The position numbers and the translations under genes were made by a program. DNA of 64,000 nucleotides, taken from Hydrurus foetidus. Lineage: Eukaryota. Positions 36,276 through 49,823 of the stretch are shown one piece after another. Location of the stretch: assembly GCA_900617105.1 (NCBI GenBank), contig UYFQ01000382.1:1-64000 (forward strand), in the 5' to 3' direction. Within the stretch, counting starts at the first letter, position 1. Every line of letters begins with the position of its first letter. The notes beneath the pieces were generated by a model, which searched no databases, was not told the origin of the DNA, and saw only the letters and a program-made list of their open reading frames with translations.

Positions 36276-37616
36276 ATGAATTTCGCGGTTTTGATATGTT
36301 TGCTACTGGGCAGTGTATCCGTTTCAGCGTTTAGGCAGTCATTCACACTGCAGAGAGCATCCTGGACGAGGACACTTGCACTTAGGGCAACTGAGACAGA
36401 CACCAAATGTGGACCTTGCCCATTGTCACCAAAGTGCAAAGGGGAATACTCAACGAAGGGTACGACCGCACTTAAGGAATGATTACATCAAGAATAGTGG
36501 GAAATCTCGCACAAATGATGCTCTGACGGCAACCGAACATTTTCTACGATAGAATCTTAATATGCAACACGCAAGCTATGCTTACTGCGATTCATCCTCG
36601 ATATCAATGTATTTATTCAGTTCTTAATCTCAATTTTCATGACTCGCTCAATTATCTTTGCGAACATCCCCAATGAAATTTCATTTTCCTCCAGGATGCG
36701 ATGGGACCGGTAAAATACAAGGAGGAATAGCCACAGTATCGTTTCTCTCCTGGTATACCGAACTTGATGAATATTTCTCTCTCCCTTCGTCTTGCTCAGC
36801 TGCCTTTTTCTGTGACTCTCTCATCAGACAGCATGAAAATTTGTGTAAAAATTCGTGTGTTTTCTCCCACATAGCTAGCGCAATTATTCATCATCCCACA
36901 GCAGAAAACTGCTGAATTCCATCTACTTTATTTGCATTCGTACTCTTACAGAATCCAAACCAATATGAATAAAATGCCATCGATAACACATCCCCTCCCA
37001 CATCTCATCTGAACAATTCAGGTGGCCAATAAAGGTGTTCCGGCCCTGTCCGTCATATCTGCAAGCGGGGTACGTGTACAAGAGGGAGGGACAAACTATG
37101 GACCAAGTGCTCTTCAGTGAACCTTCTACTAAGCAGAGAGTGAGTCTGCACGTACTCTACTGTGCGATTGATGGCTGTACTTACGATTGATGACTGTGTG
37201 TCTTTTCCGTTTCTTTACTGTACCACATATTTTTTGGAATTTTAAAAGGAGGGCTTCAGCGTATACTGTGTAACAGTACGCGAATGTACTGTCCATTTGT
37301 ACGATATAGTTTGGGTGGGGAGGATGAGTTCAAATACTGAAAGACAAATACACAGCGACAAATCTCGTACTCTATTGATGATTACCCTTCTCATGAAAAT
37401 CTTACAATCTTTACATTATTTTATCTGAAAAAAAATCATTTCGCTTTTTATTTTAGGAATCCATGGAAGCGAAAAAAATAGAAAAAGAAGAAAAGAAAAG
37501 AAATAATTAGACAACAAAAAGTTTTGGGTTCATTTGACGAGAAAACTAGAAAAGCGAAAGAAGGAGTTGATATTACAGATGCCGAAAAGTTTCTTAATGA
37601 TACCTTCGGTGGTTAA
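36276..37616 (+). CDS. Small putative plastid-targeted Cys-containing protein, 4 exons
   Basis: Signal peptide ending SVSA-F; spliced product CGPCPLSPKC...GCDGTGKIQGGIATVSFLSWWPIKVFRPCP...KREGQTMDQVLF; stop either at TAG ~37510 or, with a 1-bp A-run indel, at TAA ~37616. Confidence 0.75.
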
Positions 37617-38811
37617 AAGAGCATTTTTTGAAGCGTATCATTTTGTTCAATTTTTGAAATTATGATATGAGTAATTTCAGGAAATTCTTTCGTCATTACT
37701 TTTTTAACTTTTTCTTTTTCGTTAGAAACTGACGATGCTTTGCATAACGAAAAAGAAGTCTGCGAACAAAAACTGTGTGAGAGTGAGAGGAGAGCATAGG
37801 TAAATATAAATCGAATGAAAGAGAAAGAGAATGGAGGATGTTGAGCACTTCATGAACGCCTCAACACTGCTACTCGTGTCGTTTATATCTGGATGTCAAG
37901 CATTGCGCAATAATGTCCGGATAGATAGTGTCTCAGGTACCACTCAGAACTCAGGATTATAGTCAGATATGAAGAGCGAAAGATGCGAACAGATAAAAGT
38001 AAACCGAATTTCATCAGTGACTGTCAGAATGAGACGACGGCTATTTTTGGCCGATATTTGACGGTTAAAGCGTGTTCCTGTATCGCAGAAATGAATTCGA
38101 ATTGTGTATTGCTTTATCTCTCATATTGTGTTGACCTGCTGTGGTCGCAATTTGCCGCGACTTTACGCTTAAATGAGTTCTCCTGAAGTTGCGCCCAACA
38201 TTTCACACCCTGCACACTAACCCCTCCCAAGTCACACAATGAGAATGAGATTGATATTGTGTAGACCTTTATCCGGATATTCTTTCTTTTTTTTCTCTCA
38301 TTTTGTGCCTGTAGATATGTTTATTTGTTTCTTTTCTTTTCTTTAAGATCATCACTCCTCTATCCTTTCACTTATTCATAAACACATCTATCCTCTCATT
38401 TTCACAATTGAAAAATAAATACTGAGATTTAATGTTTTGCGATGCATTGCCGTTACATACAAAATTCAAAAGTTCCTGAACTCGCCTTTGCAGCAAAAAT
38501 CTTAAAATTTCTTAAAATAATTTTAGAGGTTCAGCATCAAAAGAAGGAATGCTCAATGGAATAATTTAGTATTCCATTCCGTGCGATTACGTCATTGAAA
38601 AAAAGAATGAATAAGTTTGCCCGTAATACGGCTATTTGCTATTACAGTGATTACAATTTTTTACAATATGATAGTATCATTCTATATCTATTAAATTAAC
38701 TTTTTAAGACACTTATACATTCGTCTAAAGAGTTATGAACCAAATAAAATAAAAAATAAATGAAATTCTATTTAAAAATATGTATCCATTTGTATTTTGT
38801 ATTTTGTATTT

Positions 38812-41800
38812 TTATTGAAATAATTTTCTTTGAGGTTGGAGAAAGGAATATGACCGGACTATTCTCTCCACTATTGCTAGCCTTTGACTCGAAGTTAATT
38901 TCGCAACGGAAACATCTCGTAAATCCTCCTAATTTGACATTTAAAACGAAGAAATAGGGCTAATTTTAGAATTCATGCGACATCAATTTCATGTTGAACG
39001 GAAAATTTCATAAATATCAAATGAAAAAACGCACGAATTAGTTCTAAAATCAAAAAAACAAATAATGCGATACATGCAAATTAGTATGAAAGTCACCTGA
39101 AGTAGTCTCAAAGTCAGCTCTTCAAAATGTGATGAATTCAATACCAAAATATTCTGTATTCTGTATAGGATAGACATTAGTATTCCAAGTTCCGCTGTCG
39201 GCATAATACAAATAAACTCGTGATTTGCGTTTTTACTGTCCAATATGTGTGTGGGGAGAGTGTTTGTGTGTGGGGTGTTTGTTAGCAGTTGTGCGTTTGC
39301 ATCGGCCTCTTTTGACATGCAGAGTAATCTCTCGAGATTGCGCACTGCTAATCTTAGATCACGATGCACCACCCCTATAATAGTAGAGGATATTAGAATA
39401 TCAGTAAATCAGTATAATAGTACGTAAGTATGATAGGGAGGGAGGGAGGGAGGAAAGGAGGGAGGAAAGGAGGGAGGAAAGGAGGGAGGAAGGGAGGGAG
39501 AAGGAAAGGGAGGAGGGAGGGAGGGAGGGGAGGGAGGGAGGGGAGGAGGAGGAGGAGGAGGAGGAGGAGAGGAGGAGGAGGAGGAGGAGGAGGAGGAGGG
39601 AGGAGAGGAGGGAGGAGGAGGAGGAGGGAGGAGGGAGGGAGGAGGAGGAGTGAGGAGTGAGGAGTGAGTGAGTGAGGAGGAGGAGTGAGAGGAGGAGGAG
39701 GAGTGAGAGGAGTGGAGTGAGGAGTGAGTGAGTGAGGAATAACTTGATTATTCAATTACAATTTAATTATTGCACTTTTAATCACTACATCTAAAATAAC
39801 TTAAAACTGTATCAAAATTTAAGAAAAAGAGAGGTAGGACTCAGGACCTGTGGATTCCACAAATCTTCCCCTGGAAGAATTCTTTGCGATTGAGATGATC
39901 GTCCTTGACAAGGCTTGCACGACAAAGAGAGACAGAATGGCCGGGGTCACTGCCAATAGCTGCAAATTAACCTGGATGAATACGTTTGTTTTTGATCGAT
40001 TTATCTTATGAATTTGGTTTTAATGTTTGTCTTGATGACTGTTAAGTTTTATTGAAATCATCGATCAAGAGAATCTTTTTAGTCGCTCTTGCCTACTGAT
40101 GACGATGATAGTTACACAACGTAACTACAGCCACTAAAAATAACAATTACAATTACAATTACAATTACAACTCTAATCAAAATGATGGCAGTAATGATGA
40201 GGTTGACCTGCATATTCATCACAATAACAATTTCACAAAACAAGACAGTGCGAATATTGAAGCATCAGAATTGATGATCAGAATAATGTAGATGACTGAA
40301 TGCAACATTTAAGATAAAAATAAATACATTTATCACATCATTAAGTATCGCATTGTAGGGGTCACAAAAAAAGAGCAGCTTTGGGGATTTTAGTGGAGAA
40401 CATTTGATGAATGTAGAGTGATAACCGTTGTTCTCAGTGGTCATTTTTAAAAACGAGAAACGAAAATGCGGCAGTGCCGTTTAGCTGTGACTTGGACAAT
40501 GGACAATGCACAATGCACTGACCTGGTTTGCGTTGAATAACTCGTCAATAGCTTGCATGGCTTCCAGGAGTTCCTTTTTCACAAATTGGAGCTGTATTAG
40601 GACCAATTTGGCGATTTGACCGGATAGTATGCTTCGAATAGGCCTCCTATGTTAATAGAATAAAGGTGACGAAATGAATGAATTGAGAATGAACAAAGGT
40701 GAAGTAATTAAAGTGAAGTTAAAAGTGAATGGATGAGTGAATGGACAAATTAGAAGCGAGACATATGTTAGACGGTACACTTCGGGGGTATTTGTCTTTT
40801 TGTTTAAAATAAAATGGAATACCTGTATTCAAATTTGATTCGTAAGTAACGTATGTACGTACCTGAGTTCTTTTTCGTATTCCTCGCTTATGGGCCTCAT
40901 GTCAAGACCTTCGATTACCCTCCGTCTCTCCTGCTCCGTCAGCTTCGGTCTACACACGATAAAATGTTTATTTTATTTTTGTTATTACTTTGCTGCTATC
41001 ATCATAACTCCAAATTTTTTATCCACTATCAAAACCGTGTTTTTGTTACATATGTAAGTGGCTTCTGTGCTGCACATCATGTTATGTCATTTAGTAAGAG
41101 CATCTCTTATTTAGTGTGTCATTCACAGTGCGGTGCCGGTTTCGTACTTGTGCTTGCTGAGGAAGTCGTAGAGCATCACGCTGAGACTACGTCTGGCGTC
41201 CAGTAGTGCTTCTTTGTCGAGTATAGTGACGCGTCTAGTGTGGGGATAGGGGTGATGGGAAGGGATGGAAGGAGGGAGGGAGGATGGGGAGTTGGTGAGT
41301 GGGCATGGGATGGTGCGGATGGATCCGTGATGCGGGATGAGAGATAAATGATTGAAGGAAGGAGAAAGGAAAAGACAGAAATGGATTGGATAAGCAGAAG
41401 ACATCACAAGCTACGATATTAACATCTTCTCATTGCAAGTCAAGAAGGAAAGTAATACGCAAGTCCTCCGGTTTAATTTGAAAGGCTCATAACAAGACAC
41501 ACCTGTTAAGGACGACATCATTCATTATGCTGAGGGTGGGTGTCGTGATTCTACGCTGTACGAAATCACGTACATTTCTCTTAGCAGCTTCAGTGGCTCC
41601 TGCTATGTCACTGTGATGCACATTATAACGTCACATTATAATGTCAGATTATAATGTCACATTATAATGTCACATTATAATGTTGCTTTATAATGTTTCA
41701 TGCAAAAGATAAATCGAAATATTTAATTATTTCAATGTAAATTTGAATCATTTTAATCAATCTAATGAAAGAATCAATTCATCACAAAAGCAGAACTGAT

Positions 41801-43946
41801 TCAGTTCCGTCGATAAAATTTCTTACCCGGATCTTTTGGACAATTCAATTGCACCTGCTGAAAGAGAACCCCAAAAAAATATACGGAAAAACATCCGTAA
41901 CCGTAAAAAGCTAAAAATGCCCGTTCTTCTTTTTCTTTTCAGACCTGTAAAAAGGAAATGTTTATTCCCTTTCAGAGATCAATCATCATGTTTCACGTTG
42001 TTACATCGTTTTTCAGTTTGTAAGAATGGACATAATGTATGTATGTATGTATGGAGGTATTAATGGTCGACTAAATAACTGACTTACCGATCAATGCGAG
42101 ATGGTCAGAAAAGGCGCCTGGACATTTTTTGAGGGACTTCATGACTGTCGAACTAAATCTCCTGATGTTTATATTTTGATAATTACAATGGCGAGAAAGG
42201 GCTTATTCATTCGTTTTTAAAATCATCAAAAAACAGAACACAAAAATCAAAGTGAAAAAGGTTCAAAGAGATGAACAGAAAAGTTTAGCCGATAATTTCC
42301 GATTTAAAAATCTTACCAGTGATCGCGTAGTACAACGAATTTTGTCATTATTTCGTTTTCAGGAGAAAGGTCTTCAAATCCTAACTTTACATCTTTTTCA
42401 ACGCTACCGTGTGTTTTTATGTTTTCGTTCAGAGGAGTTGTTTTTTTGTTTTCAAAAATATTATTCTTCAATTTTTCCTCACCATATTTTTTTTTGTAAT
42501 TTTTATTGACTTGTAGGTTATGGTGAATATTATCAACACTTTCCTTTTTGTTTTCCTCCTTTCTAGTATGTACTTCATAATTTTTAGTATTAGTTTCATC
42601 TACTTCACTATCTGTCATTGTTGACAATTTTTCATTCTGAGGAACATCGAAATTCATTATTCTGAACTCATCGTCATTGTCAAGACTATTAGATGCTAAT
42701 TCATAATTTCGATGATTTTTCCCGATTAAATTTAATAATTTCAACTCGCCATCACTTGCGACAAAATTCTCGAAATTTTCGTTTTTTTCTAAAATTGATC
42801 TACATGACACTTCGAATTTTTCCGCAATAACTTTCAATTCTTTTTTAATTCCCGCCACTATGAAAGATCTGTATATAGAGGGAGGACATTTAATATCCAA
42901 AAATACGGAAATAGACGTAGATTTTCGTACTTTCAACTTTTGATCACCACCTAATTTTTCACTCACCGAAATTTTCGTATTTTCCGTGATATCTGTGTTA
43001 CGGAATTCCCATCTTGTAACGTACGAACAATTTTTACAGTACGGCATGTGAGACAAATCCGTATATCCGAGAATTATTATAGAATCCGTATTGCAGGAAC
43101 CGTTATTTTTCAAATCCGAACTCAAATCATTTTCACTGAAATGGCTCTTCTCGACATCGTTATTTTCGATTTTATTTTTTGTTCCAGTGTCGAAACGGTT
43201 AATCTTTTTATTGATTTTCATAATTTGAAACACAGATTGATTCGACAACGAAATTGAATTAAATAAATTCCCTCCATCCTCGTGAAAATATTTTATTTGT
43301 CTTCCCCACAAGGAAGAGGTAGAGGAAGAGGTAGTGATTGTAGCAGACGTATTTATTGAAGATTTCTCTGTGACAAACGAAGTAGAAAAAGGTAGTGTAG
43401 CAATATCAGAATCTAATACTATATCTTGTTGAAAATTATTCCCAATGAAAAAATCCACAAAGTGATGTAAGCCTTTTTTCAAATTTCTCAAAATAACATC
43501 ATCTAAGTATTTATTTTTTTTCATCTTACCGTTTCCATTCTTGACGGTTATTTCCGATATGTCAGGAAACGGTAAATTGTCACCGTTAAATTCTACGGAA
43601 ATTGGAGGTATTTCGGTTTTATTCATTTCTGGAACGGAGAATTTAAATTCGGTCATTTCATTTTTTGTTTGATAGATTGCGCTAGTATTGAATATCGTTT
43701 CTTCATGATGATTAGAATTAGAAGTAGAATTTATGAAATCATCTCTATTCAGTATTTTACCATTAAATCCATCAAAAGGATCTCTATCATGGTTGCTGTC
43801 AAACGCAACACTTCTCAATTCAATATTTGGTGTTTTATCATTTCCCCACACGCTGCTTTCAATTTCGTACCAACTTGAAATTTTTTTGATTTTATCACCT
43901 ACGGCTTCTGAATGGATAGAAGAGCGAAGTATGTATGAAGAAATGA

Positions 43947-44034
<88 letters not shown>

Positions 44035-44035
44035 G

Positions 44036-44134
<99 letters not shown>

Positions 44135-47100
44135 ATATATAAATATACAAATCGATACTTTAGTAAGTGAATACATTCAATCAAAGTCAATATAATAGAC
44201 TAGGAACAAATGCAATAAAATAATAACAAAAATATTGATCACCTGTAGCATCCACAAAAGCATCAGAATCTCGTACTAAAAAACATTTCTCCACTATATC
44301 CGACAAACTCTCTGGTAAAGAGAACGTACGCAATAATGTTCCCGTTCCAACATCTGAACGTACATTACCATTCGTGCTTACTGCTGGAAAATTCCCGTCA
44401 AATTGTGCAGCGGAAAAACACAAAAACTGAAGAACAATTACCGGAACTTCAAATTTTTGGGCGACTTTTCGTATATTTTGTTTTTGCTCATTGAATTCAC
44501 TTCGACTAACGGGAACTTCACGATAACCGTAATTTTCACCGTCATTGTTATCATCGCTCTGATCATTTATACTTTGACTGTTCAGATTCTGCTTTCCGTT
44601 TCTGGTCATTTTCACGGATTCTAGGGAATATCCGTACGTATTTTCATGCAAATTTTCGCGTTCCCTTTCGTCTTTTGCGCCATATTCTGTATTTTCATCA
44701 TCTAACACATCATCATCGGTATCTAATCCATCGGAATAATTATTTCCGTCATAATTATTCTTTTTGTTATTATTATTGTGTGACGGTGAATTTACTGATG
44801 TTGAAGTTGAAGTTGAAGTTGACTGTTGATTTCTTATCATAACAATGGACAACGAATGTGTACAAATTCTGCTCCCCTCTGAGATCCATTCATCTATTTC
44901 GTGCCAGTGCTTTTTCGATTTTTTGTGTAGAATTGTTGTTGATGAAAACCCTGAACGAAATATGGTAAGAAAATAATTGGAAAAAATAAATAAATTCTGA
45001 GATAAAATGATTTTAGAAATAAATATTGTTCCCTAGTATATAATCGAAAGATAATAAATACATTTGCTGAATGACGATTTTAGAATTGATTTTACTTGAA
45101 AAAAATGTTTTTATAGTAACAATAGATAAAAGTGTGACGTAACTTGGCAACAATAAATGGTGGAAAAAAATATCAATAAATAAACAAATAAATATGAATA
45201 ATGAAGCATTTCTGTTAAATACATCACAGAGAAAAGTGAAAATAACACAGGAAATTTGTTTGATTACCTGTTGCATGATTCGTAATAATTAGTTCTTCTT
45301 TCAGCAGTTTATCTCTGATAGCCTTTAATTTGAACAAATGATTTTGTATTTTTCCTCCCACTTCATAAAGTCCTTTCTGCAGCCCTTCGAGAAGAATCAC
45401 CTAGTACCGTGTAAAAATATATTATTATTAATTAGTTGATCATTTGATCATTTGTATAATAATTTTGTGTGTGTACTTGTACTGTTGCGATTGTACATTA
45501 TGTGTATCTTTTGTTTCACTGGATATAGCAAGCGTAGAAAAGAAAAAAGAGAAAAAAAGAGAAAAAAAGACAACACAACACAACACAACACAACACAACA
45601 CAACACAACACAACACAACACAACACAACACAACACAACACAACACAACACAACACAACACAACACAACACAACGCAAGATAAAATAAGATAGTGATGTA
45701 TGTGATATCACTTCAGATGGCTTGCTCACGAGACATCCGTACCTTTTCCCTCGCATTCAAATCACGTAATATGGATTTGTATTTCCCCGCCTGTCCCGCA
45801 TCAGACAGATCACCTTCACTCCCGCTCTCTACCTCGCCCACTACCTTGCTCTGTGATTAAGATGAATGTGATACTTTACTTCTCATATTAGATGTTGGAA
45901 ATATAATGCGGAAGAGAATATTCAATCGCTGGAAATAAAGTGACAAATAAAGTGACAAATTGTATCAAATGAAAAAACAATATGGCTGCACCTCCTCCGT
46001 GTCCGTTCCATTCGTACGTACAAGCGGCTGCGAAGTGGGTATCACTTCTTCACTTGTTGAATTTCCATCTATTTTTACTGATTTTTTAACACTGCTGGGA
46101 TGTCCTCGCAGAATCCCTGAACAAATTATTCCGTGAATAAAAATAAAATAGTTAGCAATGTTGAGAGAAAGGTACGTACTTACTAACCCTACATTAAATA
46201 AAATGTCTGTCACAATGGACAGCAAGAATCAAAGTCGAATCTGCTCAACAAAAAGAATTTAGAGCATAGAAACAGAGATGTGTAGAAAAAAACACTAATT
46301 GCTATCAGATGAAAAATACGAAAAGATTCGAAGAAATAAATTAATTAAAAAAAATAGTCAAGTAATTGAAAATTTCAACAAATAATTCTTCATCTACTTA
46401 AATGAATTCACACCTAAAAGACTTTTAACTCCGGATAAAGTGTGGGAGCTGACTCCCCTACCAAATCCTGGAAACTTCCCGAGCAAAAGTCTGGGAAAGA
46501 AAAAGTAAAGATGTATTTGAATGATAAAAGAAGAAGAGGAAGAAGAAAAAGAAGAACAAGAACAAGAAGAAGAACAAGAAGAGGAAGAAAAAAGACAAGA
46601 CGAAGAAGAAGAAAAAGGACAAGAAGAAGAAAAAAAAGGACAAGAAGAAGAAGAACAAGAAGAAGAAAAAGGACAAGAAGAAGAAGTCTTAATAGATAGA
46701 ATGATGTAATCAAATTCAACACTACGATTGACAAAAATTCGAATGTATGGACAATATTGTGCACCTTGGCAGGGGTAGCCGGAATGCCTGGGACTTTCCG
46801 GCCATGAGGTGTACAGGAGATCAAAGTGACAGAAGGGAGGGGAGGAAGGAGGTTTTGTAGAAAGGAATGGAGGTGTAGAAAAGAAAAGAGAGTAGCAACA
46901 ATTTGAAAGTAAAAAATGAAAATTAATGTATCACTAAATATAAAACAAATAGTCACAAAATCAGCAGTGTAGAAAGTGTAGCGTAACGTACGGCATCTGT
47001 TTGTCTGGCTTGCAGTACGGACACCCCACACTGCAGCCCTCTCAGTAACTCGTGTTCGTCGTCCAACACGGATATTGACTCGCTCTCTATTACGGAAATT

Positions 47101-49322
47101 GAATGATTGCGTTTATTAAAATTCAGAGCAGTATAGATAATGCAATTTTCCTGCGATTAAATGTAGCGCTGCTCATCGACTTTGAGAAATAATGATGGAC
47201 GTGAATACAAAGGAATCTAGAGTGATTCCCGGATTCATGAAATGTAAAAATAATGTGCAGTACACGTGAATGCACAGTTCGATGCTATGTTAAAAAAGAA
47301 ATACAGTATAATACAATAATATCTTGAGGTGCAAACAGAACGATTCTATAAAATAGAAAATGCTTTTTATCTCACCAAATAATGCGATCTCTTCTAATCG
47401 CAACAACAACAACAGCTACAACAACAACATCAACAATAACAACAACAACAACAACAGCAACAACAACAACAACAACACATTCGAACACAACAAAATCCTA
47501 TTTTCTTCTACCTGATCTATAAGTCAGAGTTGCACACAATTAAGAATAGAATATTGAACACATCATTAATAACGTGTTATGTGAGTACCCTAGACAAGAC
47601 TGTGTAATGGCATCCACTGCCGAAACATAACAGCGGAATGCGGTTGGGGTTATGACCTGTTGTATCACTAACAACTCCCACATCTCCTATCATTGACAAA
47701 ATATTTTTTCTGCTGATGCCAAGATAATTAGCTGACTCTTACCTTTAATTCGCTGATGCATAAGATCTTTTTCTTGTGAGTGAATTGCTTCATTTGCGCT
47801 GTCATCACTCATCTCATGTGAGCGTTGTTGTTGCTGTGTAAAGTGTATACCATGTATCTTGTTCTGTTGTTTTTTATAATTATTTTTTCTTCTCCAATCC
47901 GTCATTCTAACATCTATATCTTTTATAAAAAATAAAAAGGAAAATTGTTAAATTGAATTAATGGCGGTGATCACTTTTCGAAAATTTTTAGTTGTTCATG
48001 CTGTTATAAGAAAAAAAAATTATCAGTATAAAAAAAGTGCAAAAAACCGCTTCAATTCTATTTTTGATTTATTAGAAAGCATCTGCAATAAAAAAATAAA
48101 AAAAAAGAAAGTAGCAAATAAGGGAGATAAGGAAGACGGATATTTCGATGCAGATTACACGGTTTTTACCTTCCAAAAGATGTGCAATGTCTCTACCGGT
48201 TTCCAACGAAAAATCCGTCATAGTTTGCGGGAAACACGGAGCATCTGAAATCCGTATGGATGTGATATGCAGCATAGTGAGTATAGAGCGAGATTTACAC
48301 TGGGGAATGATGCTAAAGTCGTTATGAGTAACACAGCGAACATCGCAACAGCTGAGAAAATCTCATAGCATCATTCGGTGGGATGAGTCGAAATGCTCAC
48401 GTCACAAAAAGGAGATCACATGCCGCTATAATGTGGCGGTGCATCACAATAAGGGTTAGCCTAAACTATAGACTTCTTTACTAGAGATAGCCACAAAAAA
48501 GTGTAATGGTTGACAAATAAGAAATAAAAAATAAGACGAAAAAGAAAGAAAAAAACTACTCTCTTGGATAAAGTTCTCTTCTCAATATGAAATATGAAAC
48601 ACACTGTAAGTAATGTGGTAAATAAAACAGCAGCAACAGCCATGACAACATACTAATTATCAAAGAGCAGAATATAGAGAGTGTTCTGATGACGTACCTA
48701 TAGAGTTCCTAAGCCTTCTCATAAGGTGAGAATATCTATACTCGACAACAGCTGTTTGGTTAATACTGGCGATTAAAGAACTTCCCATTCCGTTGAAGCA
48801 CCCACCGTAAGCTTGATGGTCGAAATCAGTGTGGTCTAATAGGATTTCGTATTCTGCCATTCCTTTATACCAATTTCCAAGTCTTCTCAATAATGCAAAT
48901 CCTATGTACGTAAAGACAGCAGCTTTCGCAGCAATTCCGAAGGTCTTCCTATGACGAATACCCCAGTCCGATAGCTTATCTAAATTGCCTCCAATCCACT
49001 TATAGAAGTTGCTCAGCAGCTGAACCGACAAGAGTTTTTCACGTGAATTTGATGACATCAGAAATTTCTCATCTTGTTCCTGCAAGAATTTCGGTTTGAT
49101 CAGTCGAAGCAGCACAGTTGCTTGCCAAGGTAGCATTTTCGTCTCTTCCGGTATCCTCAATTTGCTGAATATAGATGTCCCTTCCCGTTTCTTCTGTGGT
49201 GTTGTTGTAGCCGGTACTTTCGGTGGGATGGAGTTTCCTCTGTTTGCTGCACAAATGTTACCACACATACTCAGGACAATAATCATGACAATAACAAGGC
49301 GCATCCGACGATTGCCGGTCAT
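38812..49322 (-). CDS. Large multi-exon hypothetical protein with N-terminal signal peptide; could be more than one gene
   Basis: First exon 49322-~48698, large exons ~44950-44242 and ~43930-42318, many small GT-AG-bounded exons, last exon ending QRKLFQ* at 38812; no domain recognised. Confidence 0.55.
39435..39740. repeat. (GGA/GGAG)n purine-rich low-complexity tract, intronic
   Basis: Read directly from the sequence. Confidence 0.95.
43948..44136. repeat. (AAAT)n microsatellite, intronic
   Basis: Read directly from the sequence. Confidence 0.97.
45570..45674. repeat. (CAACA)n microsatellite, intronic
   Basis: Read directly from the sequence. Confidence 0.97.
46528..46686. repeat. (GAA)-rich low-complexity tract, intronic
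   Basis: Read directly from the sequence. Confidence 0.9.
47401..47478. repeat. (CAA)n microsatellite
   Basis: Read directly from the sequence. Confidence 0.9.
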
Positions 49323-49823
49323 CGTGGTAGCAGATAATTGTACTCTCCGTCCAATGACCCAGCCAGTGAAAAGTCTACACTCTGAATTGATGGCTATCAG
49401 ATCACGAATCGATTAGCTTGCCACTTTATCAAGTTTCAGGCTCGACCTGTGTCAAAAATAATAATGCAATCATAATCGTTGAAAGGCTGCCAACATCAGC
49501 ATCACTAGGCGTGAAAATGTCACCAAAAAGGTCGACACAGTGGTCTTGCGTGACAGTTCATCAAACGCGATACCGTTACTATTGGCGATCATTTGAATTC
49601 GACCATTTTGCCAGATTCGTTCAAAATAGTGTTAAATTGAAAATATAATGATTGATAAAAGATAAAAGCTTATAATAGTCTTAAAACCACTATTCTCGTT
49701 AGGTACTGTAGGTATTGGATTCTGGACAATGGTTCCGTGATTTGGGAGATCAGAGATGGTAATTACAACTCATGCAAGCTGCAAGCCACTGTGCGTGCCC
49801 AGTTTCAAAACTGCTTTTAGAGA

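Noticed and set aside
39393..46709. Low-complexity ORFs (poly-P/L, FIYL, CCVVL/TTQHN, poly-R/E)
   Set aside because: Translations of intronic microsatellites, not genes
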